Assembly (NCBI RefSeq): GCF_018350175.1
Contig: NC_058368.1
Coordinates: forward strand, 82,090,001 to 82,154,000
DNA: 64,000 bases
Direction of reading: 5' to 3'
Source: Felis catus
Lineage: Eukaryota
In this document: piece by piece, positions 25,478-37,120 of the stretch
Numbering within the stretch: the stretch's first letter is position 1
Layout of the letters: the number at the start of each line of letters is the position of its first letter
Notes under the pieces: model-generated
What the model was told of the DNA's origin: nothing
Database searches by the model: none
What the model saw: the letters and a program-made list of their open reading frames with translations, nothing else
Translations under genes and position numbers: made by a program

Positions 25478-25697
25478 AATGTGACCTTCGACCTACCACC
25501 TGATGCAGCAGTGTTAAACAGCAGCAGCTCCTGTGGTAAAGAGAACGCGTCTGCCCCCAGTCTCGTGATTGCTTTTGGAAGAGGACATAGACTGACCCTC
25601 AATTTCACAAGAAATGCAACCCGTTACAGTGTTCAGCTGATGGGTTTTATTTATAACTTGTCTGACACACAGATTTTCCCCAACGCAAGCTCCAAGG
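25478..25697 (+). CDS. LAMP1: LAMP1 exon 3 (NVTFDLPPDAAVLNSSSSCGKE...FPNASSK)
   Basis: ctag acceptor, gtaaga donor; many N-glycosylation sequons. Confidence 0.96.
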
Positions 25698-25815
25698 GTA
25701 AGAACCCAAACCGACCAGTTACAAAGTTAAGAAAATCGGGTTGGAGAGGGCCTAAAATTTTAACTAAGTACTTCACATAGTTAAAAATTGATTTTTTTTT
25801 TTTTTTTAAATACAG

Positions 25816-25974
25816 AAATCAAGACTGTGGAGTCTGCCACTGACATCAGGGCAGACATAAATAAAAAATACAGATGTGTGAGCAACAACCAGATCCACAT
25901 GCACAACGTCACTGTCACGCTCCATGATGCCACCATCCAGGCGTACCTTGCCAGCAGTAGCTTTAGCAAGGAAG
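25816..25974 (+). CDS. LAMP1: LAMP1 exon 4 (EIKTVESATDIRADINKKYRC...SFSKE)
   Basis: Poly-T tract plus acag acceptor, gtagga donor; phase consistent. Confidence 0.96.
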
Positions 25975-27864
25975 GTAGGACACTGCCTGTGGCCCTGGTG
26001 CCCAGGCCCAGCTCAGTGCGTGCAAGCGTGGCTGTGAGCCTGTGCCTGAGGAAGATGTGTGTAAGCATTTGTGCGGTGGGGGACTGCGTGCAACTCACAC
26101 CTTTGAACTGCCCACCAAACATGTTTTTCTCTTGAAAGGAGGTGATCTCTTTAGGTGAGGTAGGACAAACACTGATTTTAAAAGGGTAAAAGGGAAAAGC
26201 AGTTGAAACTCTCTGTGTCTTCCTTTGTTGGGAAGCTAATGAGGTCAGGGTCACAGAATCTTCTAGTTCAAGCCAGCTGTCTTTTTACCAAGACCTAGGC
26301 TTACCTCTGTCCAGCTTGACGGGCCCGGGGGTGGATGGCAGAAGGACCTGAATGCCTTTCTGGGCAGGTTGGCTGCGGGGGGTGGTCGTGACTCCTCAGG
26401 GAGGCACCTGCCAGCTCAGCTCCACTGGTGGGCTCTGGGGTCCGACAGACAGGGCTCCAGACCCCTCCTACCTCTGTGGTCTTGGGTAAGGTAGTCAGTC
26501 TCTTGTCTCCTCCCCTTGTAGAGTAAAAATAATAGTCTGTTTTAGGAGGTTCTTAGAGTTAAAAAGGAAATTTATACATGGTGTTTATGTCAGTGCCTGG
26601 CTGAGAGTAAATACTGAGGAGTGTTACCGTTCAACTAGGACTGAAGAAAGTTCTCTTCCCCAGTCCTGCCAGTCAGCTCACAGATCACTGTTATTTCCCA
26701 GAAGGGTGAGGGGCTTGGTTGTCTTAGAGAACTTGGCCTGTCCTTTTCGGTGTTTAGCCGTGCTTTTGTGAGCCTTCAATTTCAGCGGCCCCAGCAGTGT
26801 GGCTGGAACACTCAGGTGACTGCGGGCTGCGTGGCTGATTTGCACTGAGTTACTGGTGCTGATGGGCCCAATGGGCCGGCCGGGCCCCTGTGCGGTTGGG
26901 TACAGCCCTCCTGAGAGGCATTCGTGCCCTCCGCAAGGCCCTGTGCAGCCCACCTCCGCTTCTGTATAGCCAGGAAGCTAAACGTGGTTTTTCCCTGCTT
27001 ATCAGTTTAATGTTAAAAGGAGTCGAACATTTCACAACACATGAAAATTACATGAAAGTCAAGCTTCAGTGTCCATAACTAAAGTTTCCTTGGAACATAG
27101 CCTCATTTATTCGTATACCTGTTTCTATGGCTGCTTTTGCATTCACACTGGCACAGCTGGGTGTGCACAGACACCAGACAGCCACAAAGTCTAGAACGTT
27201 TGCTGTCTGTAACTGGGAAGACTCAACCAGCAGCAATACACAGGGCACAAAGGCAGGTCTGTGTGAGCTGGAGCAGCTCTGGAGGAGACCGGCGGGACCA
27301 GCCCTCTCTAGTACCCCCCTTGTGTGGCGAGCTGTGTGTGTGTGCACACGCACACGTGCACAGGCCCAGGTGTGCACGCTAGCACCCACCTCCCCGAGTG
27401 GGGGAGGGACTGCGGGGGTGGGGAACTTACAGCCACGCTAAGTGCTTCAGCAGCTGACACTCACTGGTATGAGTCTCCAAGCAGCTGGGTTTCGTCCCCA
27501 GCAGAACACCTCAGTCTTCTCCCTCTGGCCTCGAGCAGAAGGGAAGAGCAAAAACTGTCAGAGGCATTGGGAAATGATAGTGCAGTGACCTCACTACCAT
27601 CTGGGCCTCAGGGTGGCTGTAGAGGATAGCTCCTCACTTTCATGACTTGTTTTCTTCTGCTTGGAAAGCTTCTGAGCACAGAGATGGGCCTGTCCTGTCT
27701 GACTTCTCTGAGCGGTGTGGTGCCCAGAACAGGGCTCCAGCTTCTGGCCTAAGATCAGATTGTGACAGTACGGAAATGCTAATCTTTTTTAAGGTTTATC
27801 ACTTTCTTAAAATAGTGTTTATCTTTTGGAAGAGGTTTAGGTTCACGGAGTTCCCCAACCCCCG

Positions 27865-27938
27865 TCCCCACGCGCACACAGCCCCTCACCATCAGCTCCC
27901 CACGCGCACACAGCCCCTCACCGTCAGCTCCCCACGCG
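27865..27938. repeat. 32-bp tandem duplication, about 2.3 copies
   Basis: TCCCCACGCGCACACAGCCCCTCACC(A/G)TCAGC at 27865 and 27897, partial copy at 27929. Confidence 0.9.
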
Positions 27939-28807
27939 TTGCTTTCCTAGTGGAGGAATGTCTGTGGTGACTCCACGGGGGAAAGATGCATTCAGTGAAG
28001 CGGTCCCTACACCTGAGACCCAGCCACCGACCCCCATCCTCAGAGGCTCCCGCCCCAGCCCCTACACAGTCACCTGGGGGCTTGGCCTTCTGCCCTGGTG
28101 GTGGGTCACTCTGAGCCTGCTATGGGCAGTCACCCATTGTGTCCTGTGAGTTGTTGGTCCGAAGCTTGGTCACTAAGCTCACCCTCAGTCCCCACCTCCT
28201 CTTGTGTTCGTGGTTGTCCCTCTCACCAAAGCTTGCTTTCATGTTATGTTAAATCTGCCTCTACGGATACGTCTGTGCTTTGGAAAGGAATCTTGCTGCT
28301 TTTTAAAGACACTAGGGCACTCAGGAAATCTGCTGGGAAGAGGAGGGATAAAAGGTGTCCTGGAGTTATACAGAATATCGTGTACAAGTTGGCACATCCC
28401 TGTGGCAGGCTGGAGGGTGTGGTGAGGTCACGGCATGTCTGCGTAGTGTTCCCTGGACAGGAAGGAGTCCTCATAGGGCTTTTGGGCTCCTGTCACTATC
28501 AGGTAACATCGTCTGTAATTCCTCTGATCAGTCTTTACTTGGAGTGATAAGAAATGAAGTCTGCAAAAAACAAATCCATGCCCCAAGCTCCAGGGACTGC
28601 TCCCCACTCCCTCTACCCTGCCACAAACGTGTACACAACACCCACCCACCCCCTGTGACTTCTTATTTCGTGGGATGTGGTCCTCCAGTGGCCTAGGTCC
28701 AGGCTCAGTGATTGGGGGAGTTCTCAGAGCAACCACGTGGGCAAGGAGGGGCTCCAGAATGGGCTTTCACTCTGTGGGCAGGAGCCGAGCTGTCCCCAGA
28801 AATACTT

Positions 28808-29073
28808 CAGCAGACCCTGAACAGCACCAGTGTGAGCTGTGTGGGTCCACTCACACATGGATGTTTCCAGTAAACACAGTACAAAACTGTAAATGTCTTA
28901 TTGTGATTGTTTTTTTCTGCCTTCACCGTAAGAATACATGATATGTGTTAATAGACTGCGTTACTGCTAAGGCTTCTGGTCAGCAGTGGAGTTTTAATAA
29001 TTAAGGTTTTGGGGAGTCCAAAGTTAACATGGATTTTCATCCATGGGGGTCATCGTTGTTGAAGGGTCAGCTG
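28808..29073. mobile_element. Non-autonomous TcMar-Tigger (Tigger2-like) DNA transposon remnant
   Basis: Degenerate terminal inverted repeats CAGCAGACCCTGAACAGC … GTTGTTGAAGGGTCAGCTG; interior resembles recalled Tigger2a. Confidence 0.75.
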
Positions 29074-32000
29074 GAGTTGCTGACGTGACCTGAGCTGTGC
29101 TCGAAGCCCAGCTGTGCACTTTGACTCAACCAGGTGTGATCTTGGGGTCTGGTCTGTAGAGAGCCCCCTGGCCTGCCAGCGGCTTGCTACGCCCACTTTT
29201 GTCTGTTGTGCTGTTTCTGACGCGGTTTGCAATCAGAGGGACCCATGTATCCCCCTCCAAGCAGGAGATTTGTTGTAACTGAGCACACATGCTACATGGC
29301 AGCATCATTCACATTTAAAATACTTGGTTTCTGTTAAAATTAAGCCATTTGTTTTTTTTATCTCCTTTTGTGCTAATTTCATTCCTCTGGTTCTTAGGTA
29401 CTTTTTTTTTTTTTTCTGGGTCACTTAAATTGAAAGCTTCAGAGAAAAGGTTCCCTGTCAAATCAAATACATTAAGTATATTTTATATTCTCATAGTCTG
29501 TTCTAGTCGTGGATTGACAATAAAGAACTGTTAAATAAACACATTTTCAGAAATAGGTAAATTTTTGGCCACAAATGCCCCTGGAAAGTCAGAATGAGCT
29601 GCGGGGGTTGGCCCAGGCTTCTGTGGCCTCGCTCTTCTGTGCTGTCGTGGGGCCTTGGTTCCCCGTGCCCCTACCCGTGCACTACCCTGAGAAACACCAG
29701 GTACTGACACACCAGAGCTTCTGAGAAAGCACAAGGCCAGGCTGCTGGAGTTGGCTTCCCGTTTGGTTGACGAAGGCAGGTTCCGAGAACAGCCTCTCCC
29801 CAAGGTCTGTGAGGGGCACGTGGTCATCTCCGTGGAGCGGGCTGGGCACAGCCGTCCCCGCAGGCTGAGGTGGAGCCGGTGAGCATGTCCACGCTGTGTC
29901 CCCGGGAATTGGATTTCCAGCCCCCGGCCCACGCAGACACCTGACTTTGATGGCTTGGCAGAGGATTCGTATTTATTCGTCTTTGTGCCTTCAAGATTTG
30001 ATGTGTGGGCACTTGTGGCTGCCTCTGTGACCGTTAGAAGTTCAAAATAGGAACTTTTTCCTATGGCTGGTCCCAAGCTTGCTTTCCACCCAGTTTGGCA
30101 ACATTTCTCCCTTAGGAACAGCAGCCAGGGTAGCTTCAAGTAAAGGAAAGGAGTAAAGTAAAGGAGTGCTAACGCCACTCTCCTTGCACTTCGTTGGAGA
30201 CTCCTTGTAACTATAGCACGCAGGCTCCTCAAGCTGGTCGCTGGCAGATCCTTTGGGGGCCTCCAGAAGCTTCTGAAAATCCTGAGGAGGGGAGCCTTGG
30301 CGGGACACGCAGCCTGCGCTCTCCTGGGGTCCCCGGCCTTCCCAGGGCCGATTACACACGGGTCGCACTGAGCACACTTGAGTGCATCCTCCGTGTGCTT
30401 TCCTCGCTGCAGCGTCTGCCTGGGGGACAGGTTGCGCAGGGTGGGGCTCTCTGTCTGCATTTGGGAAGGGAGGGAAGGGGGCAGGCACTCGTCCTTACAC
30501 TTGACTGTACCGTTTGTGCTCCCAGGTGGACACTTCGCAGCCTGCCTTATGAGAACAGCAGGTCGTGTGTGCAGGTGCTCGTCACTCTCCCCATGCATGC
30601 CGCGTGCCCATCTAGGCTGGGATTTGGAAGCCACCTTGTGTTGATGTGGTTTTGCACATTTAATGAGGTCCTGTTCTGTAACAGCTTGGAAAGCAGTGGT
30701 GAGGCTGTTCTTAAAGGTGTGGCTATGGCGTCAGCCTGCAGCCCCAGGGAGGAGGCGGGTAGTGTGGCCAGCACACCCTGGGTGGGGACCTCTCAGGCAG
30801 CTGTCCCTCCACCAAGAGCCCAGAGGCACACCCAGACTATCTTGCCTTTTTTCCATCTTTACCTTCTGTCTAGAAAAGGATTTGACTGTGTGTGATTGCG
30901 CTGTGTGAAGGCACACTGGGTGAGTGAACTTCCCAGAAGTGTGGCATCACTTCCATGTCACAGCCCTGCAGGGTGACCTTTCCCATCTCTCCCCTGCCCC
31001 CCCCCCCCCAGGAGGAAATGGTGGCAAAGTTTCCTTTTAAAGTGGAGCAAGTTCTGGCAGCTTCCCCGTGGGCTCCACATCCACGGCACTGGGTATGGTG
31101 GGCCAGCTCCCATGGCCCAGGCTAGCTGAAGTGGGGAGAGGTGGGAGTTGGACAGAAATCGTGTGAATGCTGATCATCCACAGAAACAGGGCAGTAAGAC
31201 AGAGGGCTTAACTTGGGGATGATGGTCTCCTGGAGGTGCTATGGGTCCGGGTGTTTTAGGATGTTAAGTGGGAGGCAGGTGTGTGTTCTGTATGCATCTG
31301 AGGGAGTGTTCATTTCTCTCTTGGTTCAGTCTGCCTTGATTTTGAATGTAAATTTTTGTTCTAAGCAATCATAGTAGGTCAAGTTTTGAGAGACGGAGAC
31401 ACTTAAACTCCTGGGCATGTCCTCTGGGGGCACTGTGTGCCCTCTCCCCTCCCCCCTCCCGTGTGCCCCCCTTCACTCCCCCTACCCCCCTGTGCTCCCC
31501 CCATGTGCCCTCTCCCCGCCCCCCCCCCCACTATGTCCTCCTGCCAAGGCCTGTCCTGCCCCAACTTCCCTCACTCCTGGATTGTCATCCCTTTCTTAGG
31601 AATTTTCACTCACACTTCCTGGGCCTTCTGTCTCCAGGAGGGTGCAGGTGCCTGTACCACCCCCCTTGCTCTGAATAGCTCAGAGCAGCTGGCTCACTGG
31701 ACCTGGCTGGTCTCAGCTCCAGTCTTGTCCTGCAGGGACTGCCCCCTGACGTTCATCCCTGTAAAGGCCTCCTGGGCTTCTCTCCCACGAGCACCTTACT
31801 GATGGCACTAGCTTTGTCCTGGTGTGTGCGTGCGTGCGTGTGTGTGTGTGTGTGTCCCGCCTGCATCTGTGGGACCTCCAGCACCATGCCTAGTGTGCAG
31901 CCTCACAGAGGGTCTTGAATTGTTGCCGTTTGAAGTGGTGTGTAGCTGACTGTCCCAGCAGCAGGTGATGGGGTTCAGGTTGTGTTTACTTCAGTAGAAA

Positions 32001-32309
32001 GGTTTGTCCTGCAGAAGGGGACAGCTCTGTGAAGGCAGCATTGCCCAGAGGCTGAGCTGGAGGACACTCCAGGCAGAGCTGCGGTATGGTGGCAGGAGTG
32101 GGGATGGCCCTGTGGGACAGCAGGCTGCTGCCCCAAAGTTCCGGAGGGGGGCTGGCATGCACTGTCCTCGGACAGGCCGAGAGATCCCGTTCTGCGGGTG
32201 TGGCCAGCTGAGAGACTACTGGGGTTCACGGTGAGCCTGGGGTGGCCGAAGCTTCCGGTGGGTGGCCCTGAGGAACTAGGACTTTGCCTCCTTTCCCACT
32301 TGTCTCCAG

Positions 32310-32497
32310 AGACGCGCTGTGAGCAAGATGGGCCTTTCCCGACGACTGCACCGCCACCGCCTCCCCGCCCTTCACCATCCCCCACGCCAGAGAGCCCCTC
32401 TGTGCACAAGTACAACGTGAGCGGCACCAACGGGACCTGCCTGCTGGCCAGCATGGGGCTACAGCTGAACGTCACCTACAGCAAGAGGGACAACACG
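32310..32497 (+). CDS. LAMP1: LAMP1 exon 5, Pro/Ser/Thr hinge and start of the second LAMP domain (ETRCEQD...CLLASMGLQLNVTYSKRDNT)
   Basis: ccag acceptor, gtaggt donor. Confidence 0.96.
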
Positions 32498-33036
32498 GTA
32501 GGTTCGGCCCTGGGGACCCATCTCCGTGCGTCAGGGCGCTGGTGCATGTGCACACCTCTCATAAATCTGAGAGAGCGGGTTGTGGGGCCTGTCCTGTAAT
32601 CAGCTTCTTGGTGCACACAGCCAGGCTGCTGTCTTCAGTATGGCCCGTGTCATTGGGACTTGCTCTACTGGACGAGTTTATCGGCCCCTAAGAGAATGTT
32701 AAATTCAGCTTAAACTTTTACCACCGCAACTTTTGTGTTCATTGTTACGCTTTTCCTTTGTCCCTGCTGGTGATGGGGGCTGTGGGCTGTGACAGCGAAG
32801 GTGCTTGTGGTGGGAGTGTAATGTCCTCGTGAAAGTAGCAACCAGGAGGAGCAGGGACGATGGTTCTGGAACCCAGAAGTCTGCACTTTGGGTGTTTTCC
32901 TCCTCCTGGTTTTGGTTAAAATGATAGAAACCTTGAAGTTCTCATTTTGAGGTCACTTTGGCTTTTCCAGAGCGTGGAGGACCCAAAATGGGGCGCGAAA
33001 AGGAACTTGGGTAACATGTCTGCTTTTCCTCCTCAG

Positions 33037-33162
33037 ACCGTCAGCGGACTGTTCAGCATCGACCCAAGCAACACGAGCGCCACGGGGAGCTGTGGCCCCC
33101 AGCTGGTGACCCTGGATCTCCGGAGCAGCCGCATCCACTCCTTGCTCTTCCAGTTTGGAATG
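33037..33162 (+). CDS. LAMP1: LAMP1 exon 6 (TVSGLFSIDPSNTSATGSCG...LLFQFGM)
   Basis: ctcag acceptor, gtgaga donor; 42 codons. Confidence 0.95.
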
Positions 33163-33916
33163 GTGAGAGTTCGTGCCCGCGCCACCTCGCGCCACAGCCC
33201 GCATCTGGCCATGGCTTCCCGCCATCGGCTCCCGCACACTATGCCCCAGCCCCACGGAGAATCAGTGAAGGTGCCAGAACCCACAGCTTTGCCCCAGTGA
33301 GGACGACAGGGTCTGTTTTCCCCACCTGCCTCTTCCATCAGTGCTTTGGACCCTCAGTCCTCCATTTTCATTAAGGACACCTCCGTTGGTTTCCTTTATG
33401 CAGCAGGTGTCAGGGGGCACCTGCAGTGTGCCCACCATCGCTGTCTGTGCCCCACTGTGCTCAGCCCAGCCTCCGCCTCGGGCACTGCCCTCAGCCCTTC
33501 TTCCAGGGGTGACATCCTGGGTCCTGGGTCCTCTCTTCTTGTCCCCATCTGGGAAGCATAGAAACGCCCTCTGCCAGTATTTATGATGCTGCAGATTAAC
33601 AGTCTGGTTTCTCCTGATAAAGTTTACATTAACATTCCTAAAGTGCCAACGTTTGGAAAAAGTTTGATTTTTTAGAACATGGCTCCTTCAGTCCCTATTT
33701 TAACAGAGTCTGATTGTGTAAAAAGGTCTAGGAGGACAAGTCAGCATCTGTGTTCTCGGGATTTATGCGATGCCTTTTATTACAGACTGCATGTTCCACG
33801 GCCTCTTGCTGAAGCTAGAACTGCAGGAGTCAGATTTACTACCAGATGATCCTTTAGGTTTGATGGTAAACATGTGAGTTTGGGAAGTGTTTAAGGATTG
33901 TTTTCTTCTCTTTAAG

Positions 33917-33983
33917 GACCCAAATACTAGCCAGTTTTTCCTGCAAGGAATCCAGTTGAATATGACTGTCCCTGATGCCAGAG
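33917..33983 (+). CDS. LAMP1: LAMP1 exon 7 (DPNTSQFFLQGIQLNMTVPDAR)
   Basis: Pyrimidine tract plus aag acceptor, gtaagg donor. Confidence 0.93.
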
Positions 33984-34052
33984 GTAAGGCCCCCACATCT
34001 CACCTGCCCGTGCAGGAGTCCCAGAGCACTCACTCTCAATGTGCCTTTGCAG

Positions 34053-34223
34053 ACCCCACCTTCCAGGCGGACAACAGCTCTCTGAGGGCACTGCAGGCTA
34101 CCATCGGGAATTCATACAAGTGTAACGCCGAGGAGCGTGTGGAGGTCACGGAGGCCTTTTCTGTCAATATATTCAAAGTGTGGGTCCAGGCTTTCCAGGT
34201 GCAAGGTGACAAGTTTGGGTCTG
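34053..34223 (+). CDS. LAMP1: LAMP1 exon 8 (DPTFQADNSSLRALQATIGNSYKCNAEE...FGS)
   Basis: tgcag acceptor, gtgagt donor; GNSYKC LAMP motif. Confidence 0.96.
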
Positions 34224-34643
34224 GTGAGTAGCATTGGGGGAGACTGCACGGGGTCTGCAGACTGCAGTTCTGTTTGGATATTTAATCATTTCTGGGTTGC
34301 AAGGACAGTTTATGGGGGTGGGGGTCCCCTTTCCCAGTCTCAGAGATTTTTAGAGCAAACTCCCTTTCCCGCATCACCTTGCCTTTGGAAGACCCAGCAG
34401 CTCACAGATGTGAAGCCAAGGCGCCATTTGCTCAAAGGTAGTCGTTTCATGGGATGGCGCCTGTCCTCCCGAGCCGTGAAGGCAGGAGGTGGGGTGTTGT
34501 GTCCGGAGGGCCCGGAGGTCCTGACTGTGTCCAAGCAGTAATTGATTAGAACCGAGCCAGGCTGGGGGGCGGGGGGGAAAGCCCGTGTGAGGTCTCGTGG
34601 GGACCGTGGCCGCGAGCATGGCCCCCTGCCCCGTGTCTCCTAG

Positions 34644-34783
34644 TGGAGGAGTGCCAGCTGGATGAGAACAGCATGCTGATCCCCATTGCCGTGGGCGGCG
34701 CCCTGGCGGGGCTGGTCCTCATCGTCCTCATTGCCTACCTCATCGGCAGGAAGAGGAGCCACGCGGGCTACCAGACGATCTAG
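34644..34783 (+). CDS. LAMP1: LAMP1 exon 9, transmembrane helix and cytosolic tail RKRSHAGYQTI*
   Basis: ctag acceptor; GYQTI (GYxxPhi) lysosomal sorting signal at 34766-34780; TAG at 34781-34783; joined CDS is 1242 nt (413 aa) with 18 N-x-S/T sequons by hand count. Confidence 0.98.
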
Positions 34784-35576
34784 CAGGGCTGCGACAGCTC
34801 GGGCCGGCTGCCACTTCCGGGCCTCCGCTCGTCCCCTGAGCTTAGGTTGGCGTGGAGGGCGGCACGCTTTCTTGCAAACTGATTTTCAAATCTGCTTTAT
34901 CCGATGTGAAGTTCATCTTGCAACATTTACTATGCACAAGAGTATTGAAATGACGGTGTTAATTTTGCTAACTGGGTTAAATATTTTGCTAATGGTTAAA
35001 ACGTTAATATTTACCAAAGTAGAACTTTCAGGTGGGAGGGAGGAGTGCTTCCCTACATGGGCACTGGCTCCACTATTACTTGGCTCTTTAAGATTCTGCT
35101 GTTGGCTTCTTCGTTCCTGACTGAGGTTGAAGCCTCGCCAAGGTGGGGTGCTCCCTGGTCTTAGGGCTGAGGAGGGCTGGCTACTTGTTAGGCTTGTGCT
35201 TCAGAAGATCTAGAAACAGAAGTACTCCAAAAGGTGAAAATCTGGAACGCTTAAATGAAGCTTTAGAAGCCAGGACGGGCCCGGCCCCCACGGCGCACAG
35301 CTCGGTACTAGGGCACCGGCGCTCCCGCGGCATCGGGCCCTTCTGTCCTCTCCGCGCTCTGCCACTCAAGAGCTGGCACTTTTTTAAAATAGATAAATGG
35401 GTGTTATTTTTATTTACCTTTTTGTAAAGTGACTTTCAGTCTTCTGTTTGAGGTTCGGGGTGATCCTGTTCTGCACTCGTGTAAATACTGGGTGTCACGC
35501 TCTGCGCTACCCGCTTGCCGCTCGGGTGGCTGTGCACGGACGACCCTTCACGTCACGCGTTGCTGTAACAAATGCT

Positions 35577-35582
35577 AATAAA
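35577..35582 (+). terminator. LAMP1: LAMP1 polyadenylation signal
   Basis: AATAAA preceded by TGTA and followed by a T/GT-rich tract. Confidence 0.85.
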
Positions 35583-36796
35583 ACATCTCTTTCTTTCTCT
35601 GTCTGGACTCTGTGCTTCTGTCCGCTCCCGCCAGAGGTCTCAGTGGGACGCACGGTAGGCGGCAGGCGTCTGTCCCCCAGCGTTTGAGAGAGCTGGTGTC
35701 GCGGTAGGTCTTCTGGGTGGTAACTTGGAGGACTGACAGGAGTTGTGTCTGGAGGTAGGTCCTCAGTGGTGACCTAACAGCCCCCGCGAGTGGGAGGAGG
35801 GCCGTGGGGGCTCCCCTGTGGGCACCGACCTGGAGCCCTGTGGCCCCACTGCAAAGCACAGGCGGCCAGCAGGGCGCTCAGAGCTTTCAGAGCATGAGCT
35901 GGGCCTCAGGTTTATTGTCCTCTTTGCTTTTTAAGCAAAGACCTGTGCCTTTCGGGGATCTGTGCACCTTGCTGGTGAGGCTGAAGCCAACCTGCCTGCC
36001 GGGAGCCCTGGGGCCCAGGTGTCCCCGACACTCCCACCTGGAGCTGCCGGCCAAGGAGCATGGCTTGGGGCCCCACGGCCGGTGTATGTCCGGCCTCACT
36101 GGGCAACCGCCACCCCCACACCAGTGACCCCACACTTGACTGCCCCGTGGGGGCAGGCTCGGGGACTCCCCAAGCTCTGGCAATCCACCCATGCCACCAC
36201 TTCCTCCTGATGAGAGCATCTGTCTGGGAAGTTCGGTCCCAGGCCGGCATCCTCTGGGACCGTGGGGGAAGGGAGGCGCCTCCGCAGCTGGGCTAGAAGT
36301 CACCCAGGTGCCTTGAGGGGTACCAGCCGCTGCCCACGGTGTTCAACAGGTGACACTGTTCTAGGTCCCCACCTGCCCCATGCAGGGCTCAGCCTGCCCA
36401 GGCAGTGGGATTTCTCAGCAGCCAGCAGCAGCCCCACCGTCAGGGCCGGGAGACAGGGTCAGGGTTAGGAAGAGGGGGTCTCACTGGGGCTTCTCCCTCC
36501 AGGGATCCAGGGTGACAGTGGCTGCGTGAGCACTTGTGGGCCCAAGTCAGACTCTGCCATTCCCTAAAGCTTACGCACCTCTGTCCGCTTTATGTAATAC
36601 AATAATTTCAAAAATCAGTTTTTAAAAATTACCTTTCTAAAGAGAAATCACGTGCTGTGCGCACAGACCTCATGTAGATGCGGTGGCACAGAAAGGAAGG
36701 GATTTGGCGTTAACACTAGTGACAGTTTGTGGGTTTGGTCTTCATTTTCAATCAGCTGGTGAGCTGATGGTCACAAACTCGGAGGTGTTCACGTGC

Positions 36797-36802
36797 TTTA
36801 TT
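36797..36802 (-). terminator. GRTP1: GRTP1 polyadenylation signal
   Basis: TTTATT on + (AATAAA on -), about 230 nt past the stop codon. Confidence 0.75.
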
Positions 36803-37030
36803 AAATATGCACATCTCACATTTTATAGGTCAAGATCTCAAGTAAAAATACATTTCTAGAAATCCATGACTTCATAGCCCATAATTGAGTTACAGAGGAC
36901 ATAATTTTAAATCGGTCTTGAAAAACATTCACAACGAAGTGTACAGACGTCAAGTACTCCGGCACCAAACAGCAGGAAATGTCAGCTCTGGAAGTGAAGC
37001 CTCGGGGGTGACAGCAGACAGGGGTCCTGG

Positions 37031-37120
37031 TCAGCCCTGCGCCAGCAGCCTAGCCCTGCAGCTCTCGCGAAGCCTGGTGATGGTGGCCATGGACAAGCTC
37101 CCGGGCTCTGAAAATATTTT
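37031..37120 (-). CDS. GRTP1: GRTP1 exon 8, last (KIFSEPGSLSMATITRLRESCRARLLAQG*)
   Basis: ttccag acceptor; TGA at 37033-37031; absent from the ORF track and read by hand. Confidence 0.93.
   Translation of the reverse strand, partial: KIFSEPGSLSMATITRLRESCRARLLAQG

Noticed and set aside
29531..30895. Long ORFs (367 aa on -, 233 aa on +) in LAMP1 intron 4
   Set aside because: No recognisable domain, near-cognate starts and low-information composition; consistent with chance in GC-rich DNA, though not tested by homology search
34781..34790. Stop-codon readthrough at LAMP1 TAG-CAG
   Set aside because: Only a partial match to the UAG-CAR-YYA context, and an extension would displace the terminal GYQTI signal; no supporting evidence
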